From Albugo candida (Eukaryota), in contig JBDOQK010000071.1 in NCBI GenBank assembly GCA_040437565.1, positions 62,001 to 126,000 on the forward strand: a stretch of DNA of 64,000 bases. The letters run 5' to 3'. The position numbers were made by a program, and so were the translations under genes. Positions within the stretch are counted from its first letter, which is position 1; each line of letters starts with the position of its first letter. Shown here one piece after another: positions 24,423-36,822 of this stretch. The notes beneath the pieces are model-generated. The model made no database searches, was not told the DNA's origin, and saw nothing but the letters and a program-made list of their open reading frames with translations.

Positions 24423-26176
24423 TTACGGCAAAATGCGTTCCTCTGACGTCTCTAATTCCAATTCATCCATTTGCATCGACTTACGGAATTTCGCACAGAA
24501 AAATCCTATCGTATCATCAACCGAAGGATCAAATCTCTGAACGAGCGCAATTCCCTCATCGCAAAGTTCTTGTCCTTTCAATCCCATTGACCCAAAGCGC
24601 ATTTCTNNNNNNNNNNNNNNNNNNNNNNNNNNNNNNNNNNNNNNNNNNNNNNNNNNNNNNNNNNNNNNNNNNNNNNNNNNNNNNNNNNNNNNNNNNNNNN
24701 NNNNNNTACGGCAAAATGCGTTCCTCTGACGTCTCTAATTCCAATTCATCCATTTGCATCGACTTACGGAATTTCGCACAGAAAAATCCTATCGTATCAT
24801 CAACCGAAGGATCAAATCTCTGAACGAGCGCAATTCCCTCATCGCAAAGTTCTTGTCCTTTCAATCCCATTGACCCAAAGCGCATTTCTGAATCATTCTC
24901 AAACGGCTGAATCAATTTCATAAACGGATACGTCTTGAGCACATACGCGACCATATTTTCATTCTCTTGTGGATGGAGGGTGCAGGTCGAATACACAAGA
25001 ATTCCATTCGGCTTTAACAGGCGAACCGCACACCACATGAGATTCCTTTGGAGGTGCACAAACTGCGCGAGGGCTTTCGTATTGCGCGGATGAAGCAGTC
25101 GAGGTCGAAGTCCAAGCGCGGAGCATGGAGGATCTAACAAGATTTTATCAAATGATTCCGGGTAAAAGCCTCGAAATTGATTTTTATCAATCTCCATCAA
25201 TGCTTCGATCGTCGGTCTCGGACGATTTTGAAGAGCTTTTGAGCGAAGTAATTGCGTTGAATCTTTATGGATTGCAAGTATACGATCTTCCAATGCTAAT
25301 TCCTGCACAAGTCGCCTCAACGCCTCTACTTTTTGTCGCGATCGATCCACTGCGACAATGAAACCTTTGGTCATCAAATTTGCGATATGGGTGGTCTTCC
25401 CTCCCGGTGCAGCACACATATCGAGTATATACTCACCATTTTCAGGATGGACGACATGTGCGACCAAAGCGGATGGAAATTGTTGGAGGTAAAAAATTTT
25501 ACTTTCAAGCGAATTTAACGGTGGCGCGTTATGACAAACCCGTCGAATATCACTCACCGCCAGCCCACGATCTGCTCGTAAAATCTCCAAACGAGACATT
25601 CGGGTGCGCCCGACCCCAATAAATAGTTTTCGACCCCGATGCTCCTTCAGCTCGCTACCTCTCAAACTTTTATGATCCAAATCAACGAGAATGTTGATAC
25701 TGACGTCAGTCGAGCATCCTGCTGTGATGCACATGACTCCTCGAGCAAAAATATCGCTACCGCGGAGAACAGCTTCTCCACAAAGGCGATCGACGATGAC
25801 ACAGGCTTTTTTGTCATCGTACTTAAGCGAAGATTCACGGTCGAGTGAGGGAATTTGGACGATATCGTGGAAGTAAGGGTGTTTATGGGCGCGTAGCTGC
25901 GGGTGTAATGCGCGTAATGCGGTTGAGAGTGTTTGAAGTGCATTTTGTTGGCTGTTTTGCGATGTGTGGATGCGAATTGTGGTTTTTATTGGACTATGGA
26001 TGAAGAAGAGAAATTTGGAACAAAGACTAGGTTTAAAGCTGCGAAAATTGCACGTACGGATACGCCAACGCTTTTTTTATGGATTCCCACTTTAACGAAC
26101 CGTAGGCGGACTCTAGTACCTGCTCTACGTCTGGTGGAAATGTCACTTGAAAATCGTCGAAATGAATGACGTCCAT
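24423..26176 (-). CDS. NSUN6: NSUN6-like tRNA (cytosine-C5) methyltransferase with PUA domain; one 5' intron; 3' end duplicated across gap 24607..24706
   Basis: MDVIHF..ALAYP|PIKTTIRI, VDRLCGEAVLRGSDIFARGV, LDMCAAPGGKTTH, DPPCSALG and VYSTCT. The stop (RILP*) is read in the duplicated copy at 24423. Confidence 0.9.
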
Positions 26177-26256
26177 CGAGTTGTGTACGTTACATTAGGA
26201 CGTTAACATATAATAAGGCTACTGCCTTGATGATGCTACACTTGAACGTTTACTTC

Positions 26257-27595
26257 CTACTTGCGCATGCAAAGACTCCCGATGATTGCGGCGGCTATAA
26301 CGGTGCCCAACCCGATTGAATAGACGCTTCTACTCCATTCCATAATCCTGTTGACTCGTTCTTTGACAGGAAGCCTCCGTGGAAGTCCATTCTTCTCATC
26401 AATCAGGCTTTCTATCTCGTCCAGCTTTTGAGGACCAGAGCCCACACACGAGATGTAAAATCGACTAATCCCATTTCTGAAGCTCGCCTTTCGCATCATA
26501 TCACCGAGCTTACGCACTTTGGGTTGTAATGCCGTTGAATCCATGCGGAAATTGAGACTTGAAGAAGCTTGGAAAGGAATCTTTGTATGACCTGAGTATA
26601 CCAATTGGAGTAATTCCACGAGTTCCTCAAGATACTCGCGTGTGGTATACACGACCGCATTTGGTCCAGCGTCGAAAGTATACGCAGCGCGAAGTCGACC
26701 ATCCTCTGAGATATTATTGTATGAGTGGATAAGGGCAATTATATGCTGAGAGGTCGCGTTCATATAAAAGATCGGAGGTTGGGTATCGAGACATATCGCG
26801 TGAAACTGATTACTGTCTTGCATCATGATTTTTCCGAATTGATTGAAATCTTTTTTCAAAAACGCACTTTCCATCATGCTCATCCTTTCGGGCACAACTA
26901 ATGAATTGCATCAGATTTGTATGTTTCATTCATACGTTCGACTTACTTTGCGATGTTCGAAACGGAAGTAACGCACTGGTTCGTTTAGACATTTGCATTC
27001 CAAACGTACTGCTTGTTTCCTTTTCTCTCTCATTGACCACACAAATAACCGCACACAGCTCGGGCCAAGACGACGCATCGGCAACAGGAACAGCTTTCGA
27101 AGATTCAGAGTTTGTCCCTTTGTCCCACCGTACCAAACCTCCAAATAGACTGCGACACGCACTGCCAGAACCTTGTCTAGCGATGATACTTAATTTGTCG
27201 AGGTGTACACGAAGGTCCAGTAATTGGGCTAACGTGTACACTAAAGACGCGTATCCCGCAGCAGAGGAAGCCAATCCGGCTCCAGTAGGAAACGAGTTTT
27301 CTGTAACGATGTGGAAATGCATTTTATGCCACTTTGGATCGTCTGAGAGAGCTTTGACCAGCTCAATGACCGCAATGGCACGGGACGGTAGCTGGGATAG
27401 CTCCTGACCATTCAGCCACATTCGTGTATCAGAGAAACTCTCATCGGCTGCAATGGTGGTTTTTGCGTATAATAGTGTAGGATCGAGGGTCACACTAATA
27501 GAGCTATTGAGAGGAGTGTTGAGCACGGGGTTTTCTTTCCCCCAATACTTAATTACAGCGATGTTTGTGGGTGAAGCACATGTGACTACTTTCAT
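26257..27595 (-). CDS. MVD: Diphosphomevalonate decarboxylase, 2 exons (intron 26898..26946)
   Basis: Motifs PTNIAVIKYWGK, NSSISVTL, NSFPTGAGLASSAAG, ARQGSGSACRS, DSNQFHA and AYTFDAGPNAV. Confidence 0.96.
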
Positions 27596-27697
27596 ACTTT
27601 TTTATATTTAAATGCACCAATTAAAAGATGGTATTTATACATTCTCGATTCTGATTGATCGGTTTACGACGTGGTAATACTGGTTGCTGCGTTTCTG

Positions 27698-28078
27698 TTA
27701 CATTTTTTTGCGTGCACTCGGATTCGAATTAACAGCGTTCGGGCTTAAATTTGCAAAGTGCGACCGGTGGCTTGTGAACTCTTGAGCTTCCTCAGGGCGA
27801 TATCGATCCGTAACGGGTGTTTCACGACGATGTTTATCAAAATTGAGTTCAGGATTGTACATAAGCGCGTGCACGTTATAATAGGCCAAAAGACCGAATG
27901 CTAGTGTGACACAACAAATAAGTGGATAAATTTCAGGATCGCGCACTGGGATCATCTTGAACTTGCGTTGCGCGCCACCGAACTGAGGCTTTGGATCGCC
28001 GATAAACATTGGGATTTTTGCCTGAATCTCATTGGGTTTTGGCGAAGCTGCACGGAGGAACTGGAGGTATTTGGTCAT
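27698..28078 (-). CDS. NDUFA4/B12D (MLRQ)-like mitochondrial membrane protein
   Basis: PEIYPLICCVTLAFG..ALMYNPELNFDKHRR matches the B12D/NDUFA4 pattern (PE.YPL, one TM, NP.v). Confidence 0.75.
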   Translation of the reverse strand: MTKYLQFLRAASPKPNEIQAKIPMFIGDPKPQFGGAQRKFKMIPVRDPEIYPLICCVTLAFGLLAYYNVHALMYNPELNFDKHRRETPVTDRYRPEEAQEFTSHRSHFANLSPNAVNSNPSARKKM

Positions 28079-28261
28079 TTTGCGTTATGAGGAGGAAAGT
28101 GTTGCTGTGCATAATGTGACATCTGNNNNNNNNNNNNNNNNNNNNNNNNNNNNNNNNNNNNNNNNNNNNNNNNNNNNNNNNNNNNNNNNNNNNNNNNNNN
28201 NNNNNNNNNNNNNNNNNNNNNNNNNGTTTACGACGTGGTAATACTGGTTGCTGCGTTTCTG

Positions 28262-28642
28262 TTACATTTTTTTGCGTGCACTCGGATTCGAATTAACAGC
28301 GTTCGGGCTTAAATTTGCAAAGTGCGACCGGTGGCTTGTGAACTCTTGAGCTTCCTCAGGGCGATATCGATCCGTAACGGGTGTTTCACGACGATGTTTA
28401 TCAAAATTGAGTTCAGGATTGTACATAAGCGCGTGCACGTTATAATAGGCCAAAAGACCGAATGCTAGTGTGACACAACAAATAAGTGGATAAATTTCAG
28501 GATCGCGCACTGGGATCATCTTGAACTTGCGTTGCGCGCCACCGAACTGAGGCTTTGGATCGCCGATAAACATTGGGATTTTTGCCTGAATCTCATTGGG
28601 TTTTGGCGAAGCTGCACGGAGGAACTGGAGGTATTTGGTCAT
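28262..28642 (-). other. Identical second copy of the NDUFA4/B12D-like ORF, most likely an assembly overlap artefact
   Basis: ~27661..28125 is repeated at ~28225..28689 on the other side of a 100-N gap. The proteins are identical. Confidence 0.8.
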
Positions 28643-29055
28643 TTTGCGTTATGAGGAGGAAAGTGTTGCTGTGCATAATGTGACATCTGGCGTGAAAAGA
28701 TCGTGACGCGACATGCGAAACGACCAGTATTATAAGACGCATGAAACTCGTTCGCGTGTGTTCGTTCGTGTTCTCGAAGTGGGGGCCTCAAAGGAGGGGT
28801 CGGTGGTGTTTCGATATATGAATCGTGGAGCTACGGTTTCGTGAATTGAGCTGAATTAACGGCGAAGAAAGCGATTGAGTCAGGAAATTCAAAGATTGGG
28901 TGTAAGCAAACGTGATCGATAGATTTGTATATAGCGTTTTGTCTGGTGGGTAGAAGCAATTCGATTGGTGAAAATACGCTCCTGTGTGACCAAACTCGGT
29001 GTATTGGGCATGTAATCCTTGTTAAGTACGCAGTACACTATATGAATGCTGCACC

Positions 29056-29914
29056 TTACTTGTCGAGAACAATTCCTTCGTACTTTGTTTGAAACCAATT
29101 GATGGCATCGTCTTTACGAAGACGGTGAGGTGCACCAATACGTGACTGTTGAATCTTTCGATGTGACACTCGTGCACCAGGTCGCGAAAGCACCACGAAG
29201 AAATCCATTCCGTAAATACCAGTCGATGGATCGTACTTAATACCGAGATCTATGTGCTCCTGAATACCGAACCCAAAGTTTCCAGTATCGGAGAAATTTT
29301 TCCGCTTCAACTCGTATTCCTTGACTTTCAGACCTCGATCTAAAATTTCAGATGCCATTTCGCCCCGGACGGTTACATGACATGAAATTTTTTCATTCCT
29401 TCGAATTCCAAAGGAGCGGACCGTGTATCGTGCTGCGACAGTACACAAAAGTATTAGTCAGAATGGATCACAGCAAGCTAATAATAAATAGGGTCATAGG
29501 GTAACAGCGTCGGCCTTTTTGAAGCCTACGCGATCGGGGATCCTTGAACCCGGAAAGGTAGCGTTTATTTAGACCACATCTCCCTAAAGCAGATGGATGC
29601 TTCAGAGAGCGATTGTACATCGCGTGGTCTCGGGTAAGTAGCCCGTTAAGGCACTTTCTCGCCGGGTTCCCACCGTATGCTTTTGGGACCTGGAACCCAT
29701 CGGCTTACCCTTGGAATAGACCGGTTTCTGTCCGGTCAATTGCTCCAAAACTCGAGCGGCACGTGTGAGCTTATCGCCCGATTCACCCACGCAACAGTTG
29801 ATCACTAACTTGTCGACTTTGATTTCTCGCATTGCATTGTTGCTCTTTTTGTCTCCGGCCTGAACCACACACATTAATGCGGTATGAAATGACGAAGGTT
29901 GCGGAACGTACCAT
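29056..29914 (-). CDS. RPL11: 60S ribosomal protein L11 (uL5), 3 exons (introns 29860..29911 and 29433..29708)
   Basis: [95 protein letters not shown]. Confidence 0.97.
29433..29708 (-). ncRNA. Candidate structured RNA element filling RPL11 intron 2
   Basis: 276-nt intron (most others here are ~50-65 nt) with several nested inverted repeats, e.g. AGACCAC/GTGGTCT, GGGTTCC/GGAACCC, GCGAT/ATCGC and GCGTAGGC/GGCCGACGC. Confidence 0.5.
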
Positions 29915-30549
29915 TTTTGTGTGCTACTACGCGTCAAGGATTCCCAAAATGGTTTGTTTGTTTGTTTTGGTTGGTGGATAGCGAGGGGCTTTTATTAGGA
30001 AATATGGAGTAGATTACGGAAGGTGTTCCCAACGTGGAAGAAAGCATTTTGTGCGTAAAAAACGAGCATTTATTGAAGTTAAATGAGAAGAACTGAAAAG
30101 CCGGGATTAACGATGAGGAAATGACTATTCTCGCGTATCTATTTCAGTTGCTTTTGGGCAACTTTGTGAACAGCAACTCTGTAGTGATACATTCTGTCAA
30201 CATCAATGTGTCTGAAGATAATGAATCGCGATCGTGAAGTAAATAATGTATTCACATTTAATTATAAATGTGTCGATACGAGCCTTGTACAAACGTGCTA
30301 TCATTTTGATCTTACTTTACTTAGATTCGCATACACACCATACAATACACAAAATCCAAAAACCGGTAAAGTTTGCAACTGAGCAAGTTATTTGAAATCA
30401 CTCGGATTGGCTAGCGTAGAAAACAATCTCTTGTATTGGCTATTAATGACAAACAATTCATTGACACGTGTTAGTTTGCTGCTCCTTTGCTCAATAAACG
30501 CTCTGTGCCGTTCATTATCCGAATTCTGTCTCAATCGTGACATTGGACA

Positions 30550-33500
30550 ATGAAACGTACTACTACTCATAGTCGGGGATGGCTCACCTCACCCACTCGT
30601 GCCATCTCCGCCTTTCTTTTCCTACTTCATAGTTGCTCTCAACAATGTGTGGTACACGCCAAAGTAGCCGGCCTTGATTTCGGCGGCGAGTACTTCAAAG
30701 TCGCGCTTGTTAAACCAGGCACACCCTTTGAAATCGTGACCAATGTCCACAGTAAGCGAAAGACGGAAACAATGGTTGCATTCGATGGCGAAGAACGTAT
30801 CTATGGAGCTGATGCCGATACGATTGGTGTCCGTCGTCCTCACACCGGATACGCTCAAATTCGCCGTTTTCTAGGATCGAGTTTGGATCATCCTGGAGTT
30901 CTGTCCCTAGTTACACAAGAATACTTTCCGTATACCTTAAAATTGAATGAGAAACGGGGGACGATTCATTTAGAGCATGAAAATGAGCAATTGTATCACG
31001 CCGAAGAAGTTGTGGCTATGGTCTTTTCACATGTGCGCCAAATCACGGATGTGTTCGCAGAGAGCGACGTCAAAGACTACGTCATTACCGTGCCCGATTA
31101 CTACACTCAGGCGCAACGACAAGCAGTATTGGATGCTGCTGAAATCTCTGGTTTGCGTGTGCTCTCTTTAATCAATGAGAATACTGCGGCTGCCCTACAA
31201 TTGTGTATCCACACCAGTATGGAACCCAACGAACGCAAACGTGTGATGTTTTATAATCTAGGGTCAACCTCATTACAAGTAAGCATCGCGGAATTTTACA
31301 GTTATGTGGTTCCAGTGGGCTCATCGTCGAATAAAACGGTAATTGGATTTTCAGTCCTTTCGAAGGCGTGGGATGAACATCTCGGAAGCAGCAAGATTGA
31401 CCTTCGTCTAGCCGAATATCTCGCACGTGTCTTCAATGAACAAGTTCTTCATAATAAACAAGATGTCCGAACACTTCCCAAAGTTATGGCCAAATTGCGT
31501 GCACAAGCCAAAAAAACAAAAATCGTACTTAGTGCGAATGAAGAGATTCCAGTCGTGATGCAATCGTTACTTGATGACTACGATTTGAGAACGGTTGTGA
31601 CTCGTACTTTATTGGAAGAAATCAGTAAAGATCTCTTAGATCAAGTTCTCGGTCCAGTAGAGGAAGCACTCCGAAAAGCAAACTTAACACGTGGCGATAT
31701 CCAAGACGTCGAACTTATCGGTGGTGGTGTGCGCATGCCTAAAGTACAGAGTCTGCTAAAAGAGTTCTTCAATGTACAAGAGCTTGGAGCGCATCTGAAT
31801 GGAGACGAAGCTATGGCACTTGGTGCTGCATTCCGCGCCGCCAACTTGAGCAATTCCTTCCGAGTGCGACCAATTCATATGACTGATATCTCAACTTACG
31901 CTATTGGCGCTCGTTTGGCTGATATACATCTTGAAGATGAAAAAGAGTCGACTTGGGCCAAGCACGCGCCGCTGTTTACTACTGCACACCGATTGGGCGC
32001 ACGTAAAGCCGTGAGCTTGACACATGCGCGCGATATGACCTGTACATTCCATTATAACGAGCCGTCGAGCTTGCCGAAGGGAGTTTCTACTCACATTGGA
32101 AAGTTCTCAATCACTGGAATTAAGGACTTTTACACGCAACATTTGGAGAAAAATTTAGGTGAACCGAAGGTTACGCTAACGTTTTCATTGGATTCGAGCG
32201 GAATTGTGTCAATTATAAAGGCGGAAGCTACTTTAGAGGAGGAGTACGAGGTGGAAGTCGAAGTTCCCGTCGAGAACAAGGAAAAGACGCAAAGCGCAAC
32301 TACAGATGCTGACGCCGACGCTGTAAAAGAAAAAATCGATTCTACTGAAGAAAAGACTGGAGACGCTGACAAAACCGAGGAAAAGGATGCAAACGTTGAA
32401 GAAAAAGTTAAAAAGGAGGAAGAAAAAGTGGAAGAAAAAGTGGAGAAAGTGATGCAAAAGCGAAAGCGAACACTCCGTTCGGCGCTTTCGGTCAAGCTTG
32501 TCGAAGAAAGATTGGGTGAAAATAACGCTATTATGAGTATTCTACCAATGAGCTCCTCGGACAAAAGTGACTCGATCAAACTATTGCGCGAAATGGAAGC
32601 CGCTGATAATAAACGCAAAGCCAATTTGGATGCAAAAAATCGTCTTGAAGCTTTTGTCTACAGTGCGCGTGATTCATTGGAAAGTGACCAAGACGCCATT
32701 AGTCAAGTTACGCTTCCCGAGCAAGTAAATGCGATTTTGATCAAATTGGAAGCCGCTGAGGAATGGCTGTACGAAGACGGCGATAAAGCGGAGGCTTCCG
32801 AGTATCAAGCCAAGCTTTCAGAGATCGAGACGGAATTGGATGCGATCTTATTCCGANNNNNNNNNNNNNNNNNNNNNNNNNNNNNNNNNNNNNNNNNNNN
32901 NNNNNNNNNNNNNNNNNNNNNNNNNNNNNNNNNNNNNNNNNNNNNNNNNNNNNNNNAAAAATCGTCTTGAAGCTTTTGTCTACAGTGCGCGTGATTCATT
33001 GGAAAGTGACCAAGACGCCATTAGTCAAGTTACGCTTCCCGAGCAAGTAAATGCGATTTTGATCAAATTGGAAGCCGCTGAGGAATGGCTGTACGAAGAC
33101 GGCGATAAAGCGGAGGCTTCCGAGTATCAAGCCAAGCTTTCAGAGATCGAGACGGAATTGGATGCGATCTTATTCCGAGTATCGGAAAAAACCGATTTTC
33201 CAAGCATTATTGAGGATGCAAAAAAACTTGCGCTCAGTATGAAAGCCAAACTGAGTGATTGGGCGGAAACGCGACCGTGGATTACCGAACAAGAGCAAAG
33301 TGACGCTCGTGCGCGTGTGGAAGAATTGGAGACGTATCTGGAGGAAGCCGTGACAAAGCAAAAGGATCATCCCCCACATGAACCGCCTCTTGTCACGTCA
33401 GCCAATGTAAAGAAGCAAATGCAGCAAGTCAAACGGCTTATTGATCGACTTGCAAAGAAACCAAAGCCAAAGCCTGTGAAGGATGTCAATGCGACCGAGA

Positions 33501-33691
33501 CTGCGAGCAAGGAAGGGGAAGCCGGTGAGACCGAGGTCAAGACTGAGACTGAGACTGAGACTGAGACTGGGACTGAGGCCGGAACTGAGACTGAGGCCGG
33601 AGCTGAGAAGGAAGCCGGAACTGAGAATGAGGCCGAGAGCGAGAGCGAGAGCAAAACTGAAGGAACTGTGGACGGCCATGAGGATTTGTGA
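30550..33691 (+). CDS. HYOU1: ER Hsp70-family nucleotide-exchange factor HYOU1/GRP170/Lhs1; interrupted by assembly gap 32857..32956
   Basis: Signal peptide, then GLDFGGEYFKVALVKPG, SKRKT, LINENTAAAL, ELIGGGVRMPKVQ, HLNGDEAMALGAAF, AKNRLEAFVY and EEWLYEDG. C-terminal HEDL. Confidence 0.95.
33526..33661 (+). repeat. Coding low-complexity (ACTGAG)n-type repeat giving an acidic TE/AE tract in HYOU1
   Basis: gactgagactgagactgagactgagact.. encodes KTETETETETGTEAGTETEAG. Confidence 0.85.
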
Positions 33692-34100
33692 GTTAATTTG
33701 CAATAAACACACTTTGCCTGGCTAATTTCGTAAAGTTACTTTTTTCGAGCTTGTTATTGCGAGATTTTGTTGTGGAAGTGTAAATAAGCGTATAAAGGAG
33801 ATGGTGTGTAAATAGTATAAGTAGACGTGTTAGATTTGTAGAGAATGGGTTGCAAGTTGATTGGTCAAGAAGCATTGTGACGTGGGTGGGGTGATAGATT
33901 ATGAGAGGCCTCCTCTTTGTTTNNNNNNNNNNNNNNNNNNNNNNNNNNNNNNNNNNNNNNNNNNNNNNNNNNNNNNNNNNNNNNNNNNNNNNNNNNNNNN
34001 NNNNNNNNNNNNNNNNNNNNNNGAGGCCTCCTCTTTGTTTTGATATTTGACGGATAAGTCAATTGTCTCAATTCCAAATTCTGGTCCGAAGCGAATTATA

Positions 34101-34808
34101 ATGTCGGAAACAGAAATCGCGCAATTCGAATCGGAAGCGGCTGAATTTCATACCACCACACAAACGTCACATGAGGCTTCTAATGTGGAAACGAGTTCGG
34201 CTGTAGACGCTGAGATTGAAGACATGAAACGTCGCGTGAAGGAAATGGAGGAAGAAGCCGCGAAACTGAGTGAAATGCAATCGCAAGTCGAAAGTCAAAT
34301 GGGAAAAAATACCGCATCCTCTCTCAATGAACTCAATGCGAGTGCTTCGGGAGCTTCCAGCCACGCGATTGGATCCAATTCCAATACTTCCACCAATCCG
34401 AATGGAGGAAACAACACCGCGTTGGATGATTCGTCCGTTTACGTGGGTCAAGTGGATTATGGGAGTACACCGGAAGAGTTACAAGCGCTGTTCCAATCTT
34501 GTGGTACAATCAATCGTGTCACGATTTTGTGTGACAAATTCACGGGACAACCGAAAGGGTACGCTTATATTGAATTCGCCAGTAAAGACGCCGTGGAGAG
34601 TGCTTTATTATTAAATGATACAATGTTTCGAGGACGACAACTCAAAGTAACACCAAAACGACAAAACGTGCGTGGATTTAACTATACACGTGGTGGTCGT
34701 GGATCTATGCGCGGTCGTATGAACGGTAGAGGCCGAGGCGGTCGTGGTCGGTCCATGGGACGAATTGGTTTTCGTGGAAGAGGGCGAGGTTTCCACCCTT
34801 ATTACTAA
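34101..34808 (+). CDS. PABPN1: Nuclear poly(A)-binding protein 2
   Basis: Coiled coil [55 protein letters not shown] tail ending FHPYY. Confidence 0.95.
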   Translation: MSETEIAQFESEAAEFHTTTQTSHEASNVETSSAVDAEIEDMKRRVKEMEEEAAKLSEMQSQVESQMGKNTASSLNELNASASGASSHAIGSNSNTSTNPNGGNNTALDDSSVYVGQVDYGSTPEELQALFQSCGTINRVTILCDKFTGQPKGYAYIEFASKDAVESALLLNDTMFRGRQLKVTPKRQNVRGFNYTRGGRGSMRGRMNGRGRGGRGRSMGRIGFRGRGRGFHPYY

Positions 34809-35391
34809 ATGAGAAGTGTATAAGGTGAAGGTAGTAAATGCTAGCTCAAACTTGAACNNNNNNNNNNNNNNNNNNNNNNNNNNNNNNNNNNNNNNNNNNN
34901 NNNNNNNNNNNNNNNNNNNNNNNNNNNNNNNNNNNNNNNNNNNNNNNNNNNNNNNNNGGTGAAGGTAGTAAATGCTAGCTCAAACTTGAACTTGAAAAAA
35001 AAAAGCACATGAAAAAAAAATCAGTGACATTTTCCATAGACAAAAAAACATATCAGTCACATTGCATCCAGCAACAAACGTGCTAAAAGAAAATCACATG
35101 CATCCTTAGATTCATAGAGCCCAAGTGGGGACTTAATGCAAGCTCTGCTTCCTTCCTTTTCACTATCATGCCCAACTTTAAGGTGTACATCGCACCTTAA
35201 CCCTTCCATCCGTCGAGCGACGACAAAGAGGTACCACATTGCGGGTACCTCCACCGGTTTTGCAATCTGTCCCTAAACGTCTCAAGTCTTTAAAAAGGTC
35301 ACACAATCAGAACGCGTTGCGTCCCAATTCAACTCTACCAATTCGCACTCTATAGACTTTGATTCATTTTCGATACTAAAAACAAAATAAA

Positions 35392-36711
35392 ATGACTGCA
35401 AATGACAATTCAACTCCTCTCAGCCTTTCGCCTCCGACTTTTATTCCATCGACGCGTCAGATCCCAATCGTATGTCCGGGTCATTCTCGTCCCCTTGCAG
35501 AGCTTCAGTACAGCTCCATCACAACCGATGGCGTCTTCTTGATCTCTGNNNNNNNNNNNNNNNNNNNNNNNNNNNNNNNNNNNNNNNNNNNNNNNNNNNN
35601 NNNNNNNNNNNNNNNNNNNNNNNNNNNNNNNNNNNNNNNNNNNNNNNNGACAATTCAACTCCTCTCAGCCTTTCGCCTCCGACTTTTATTCCATCGACGC
35701 GTCAGATCCCAATCGTATGTCCGGGTCATTCTCGTCCCCTTGCAGAGCTTCAGTACAGCTCCATCACAACCGATGGCGTCTTCTTGATCTCTGCTTGTCA
35801 TGACAAACTTCCAATGTTGCGACATGGACACACAGGCGATTGGATTGGTACATTCCAAGGTCATAAAGGTGCTGTGTGGAGTGCACAATTGAATAATGAC
35901 GCGACATTAGCAGCAACCGGTTCTGCCGATTTTAGTGTAAAGTTGTGGGACGCTATTTCAGGCGATCTGATCGCGACATTGGAGCATCGACATGTGGTCA
36001 AAAGCGTCGCATTCACACCGGATGGGAGTCGTCTCATCACTGGAGGACATGAGCGCATTCTTCGTGTTTTCGATCTTGGTCCCATCATCGCTCAGCGTGA
36101 GGCGATTCATCCAATTGCCACGTGTGAGCTTCATACGAAAGAAATCATTCGTAAAGTCGTCACTATATCCGATACAATTGTGGTCACAGGTCAAGTGGAT
36201 GGAACCATAAGTGTGTGGAATGTGGAGACTAAAGAATTGCAAAAATCCTTCAAAGTCGACGGTCAGGATACAGGTGGAATAATGGATATGGAGAGTTCCC
36301 GGAATGGTGAGATTTTAACGGTGGCTGCAGGGAATAAGGTTGGTGTATTGATTTCGTCATTGTCGTTGACTGATGGTGTTGATTCAGGTCGCATTCTTCG
36401 ATATCGCGAGAGATTACGCGTTGAATGCTTCGTTTGTGATGCCGATATCATTCAAAGAAGAAGGTGGGGCGTCGTTGCATCCCACGGAATCCAAGTTCAT
36501 CGCTGGCGGATCGGATACGTGGGTGCGTGTATTTGAGTATCAGACAGGTGAGATGATAGAATGCCATAAAGGACACCACGGACCGATTCGATGTCTTCGA
36601 TATGCACCTTTGGGCGATACTTTTGCCACTGGATCGGAAGACGGAACCATTCGAATATGGCAGACAGGATCCAGTGTTAAGACTGCTGCTTCTTCAGTAA
36701 ATGCTGTCTGA
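35392..36711 (+). CDS. STRAP: STRAP/UNRIP WD40 protein; gap duplication at 35549..35648; intron ~36339..36387
   Basis: Motifs [54 protein letters not shown] and [12 protein letters not shown]. Confidence 0.93.
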
Positions 36712-36822
36712 CTCGTGCGATTGATAGAGTCACAAGTATAAACAGCAATTGAATACCGTAATCTCCATTCGTTTTTATGATGCTTGAGCGTGGTCGATGG
36801 TTCCATAATCGTACGCTATTAG

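Noticed and set aside
27661-28689. Apparent tandem duplication of the NDUFA4/B12D-like gene
   Set aside because: The copies appear identical, including flanks, and are separated by a 100-N gap like the other contig-overlap artefacts.
29480-29600. Telomerase RNA idea for the RPL11 intron (CCCTA/TTTAGGG-like motifs)
   Set aside because: There is only a single TTTAGGG, inside a stem, and ACCCTATGACCCTA does not give a ~1.5-repeat template.
29560-29640. U1 snRNA or C/D snoRNA inside the RPL11 intron
   Set aside because: ACTTACC is present, but there is no Sm site and no U1-70K or U1A loop. No RTGATGA box C pairs with the terminal CTGA.
32635-33177. Apparent frameshift, pseudogene or internal repeat in HYOU1 (likewise USP, STRAP, NSUN6, XPD, IFT74, THOC6)
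   Set aside because: Each is explained by gap-flank duplication, and merging the overlap gives a continuous frame.
32130-33712. Long antisense Ser/Phe/Leu-rich ORFs opposite HYOU1 and other genes
   Set aside because: These are shadow ORFs of acidic or low-complexity coding sequence.
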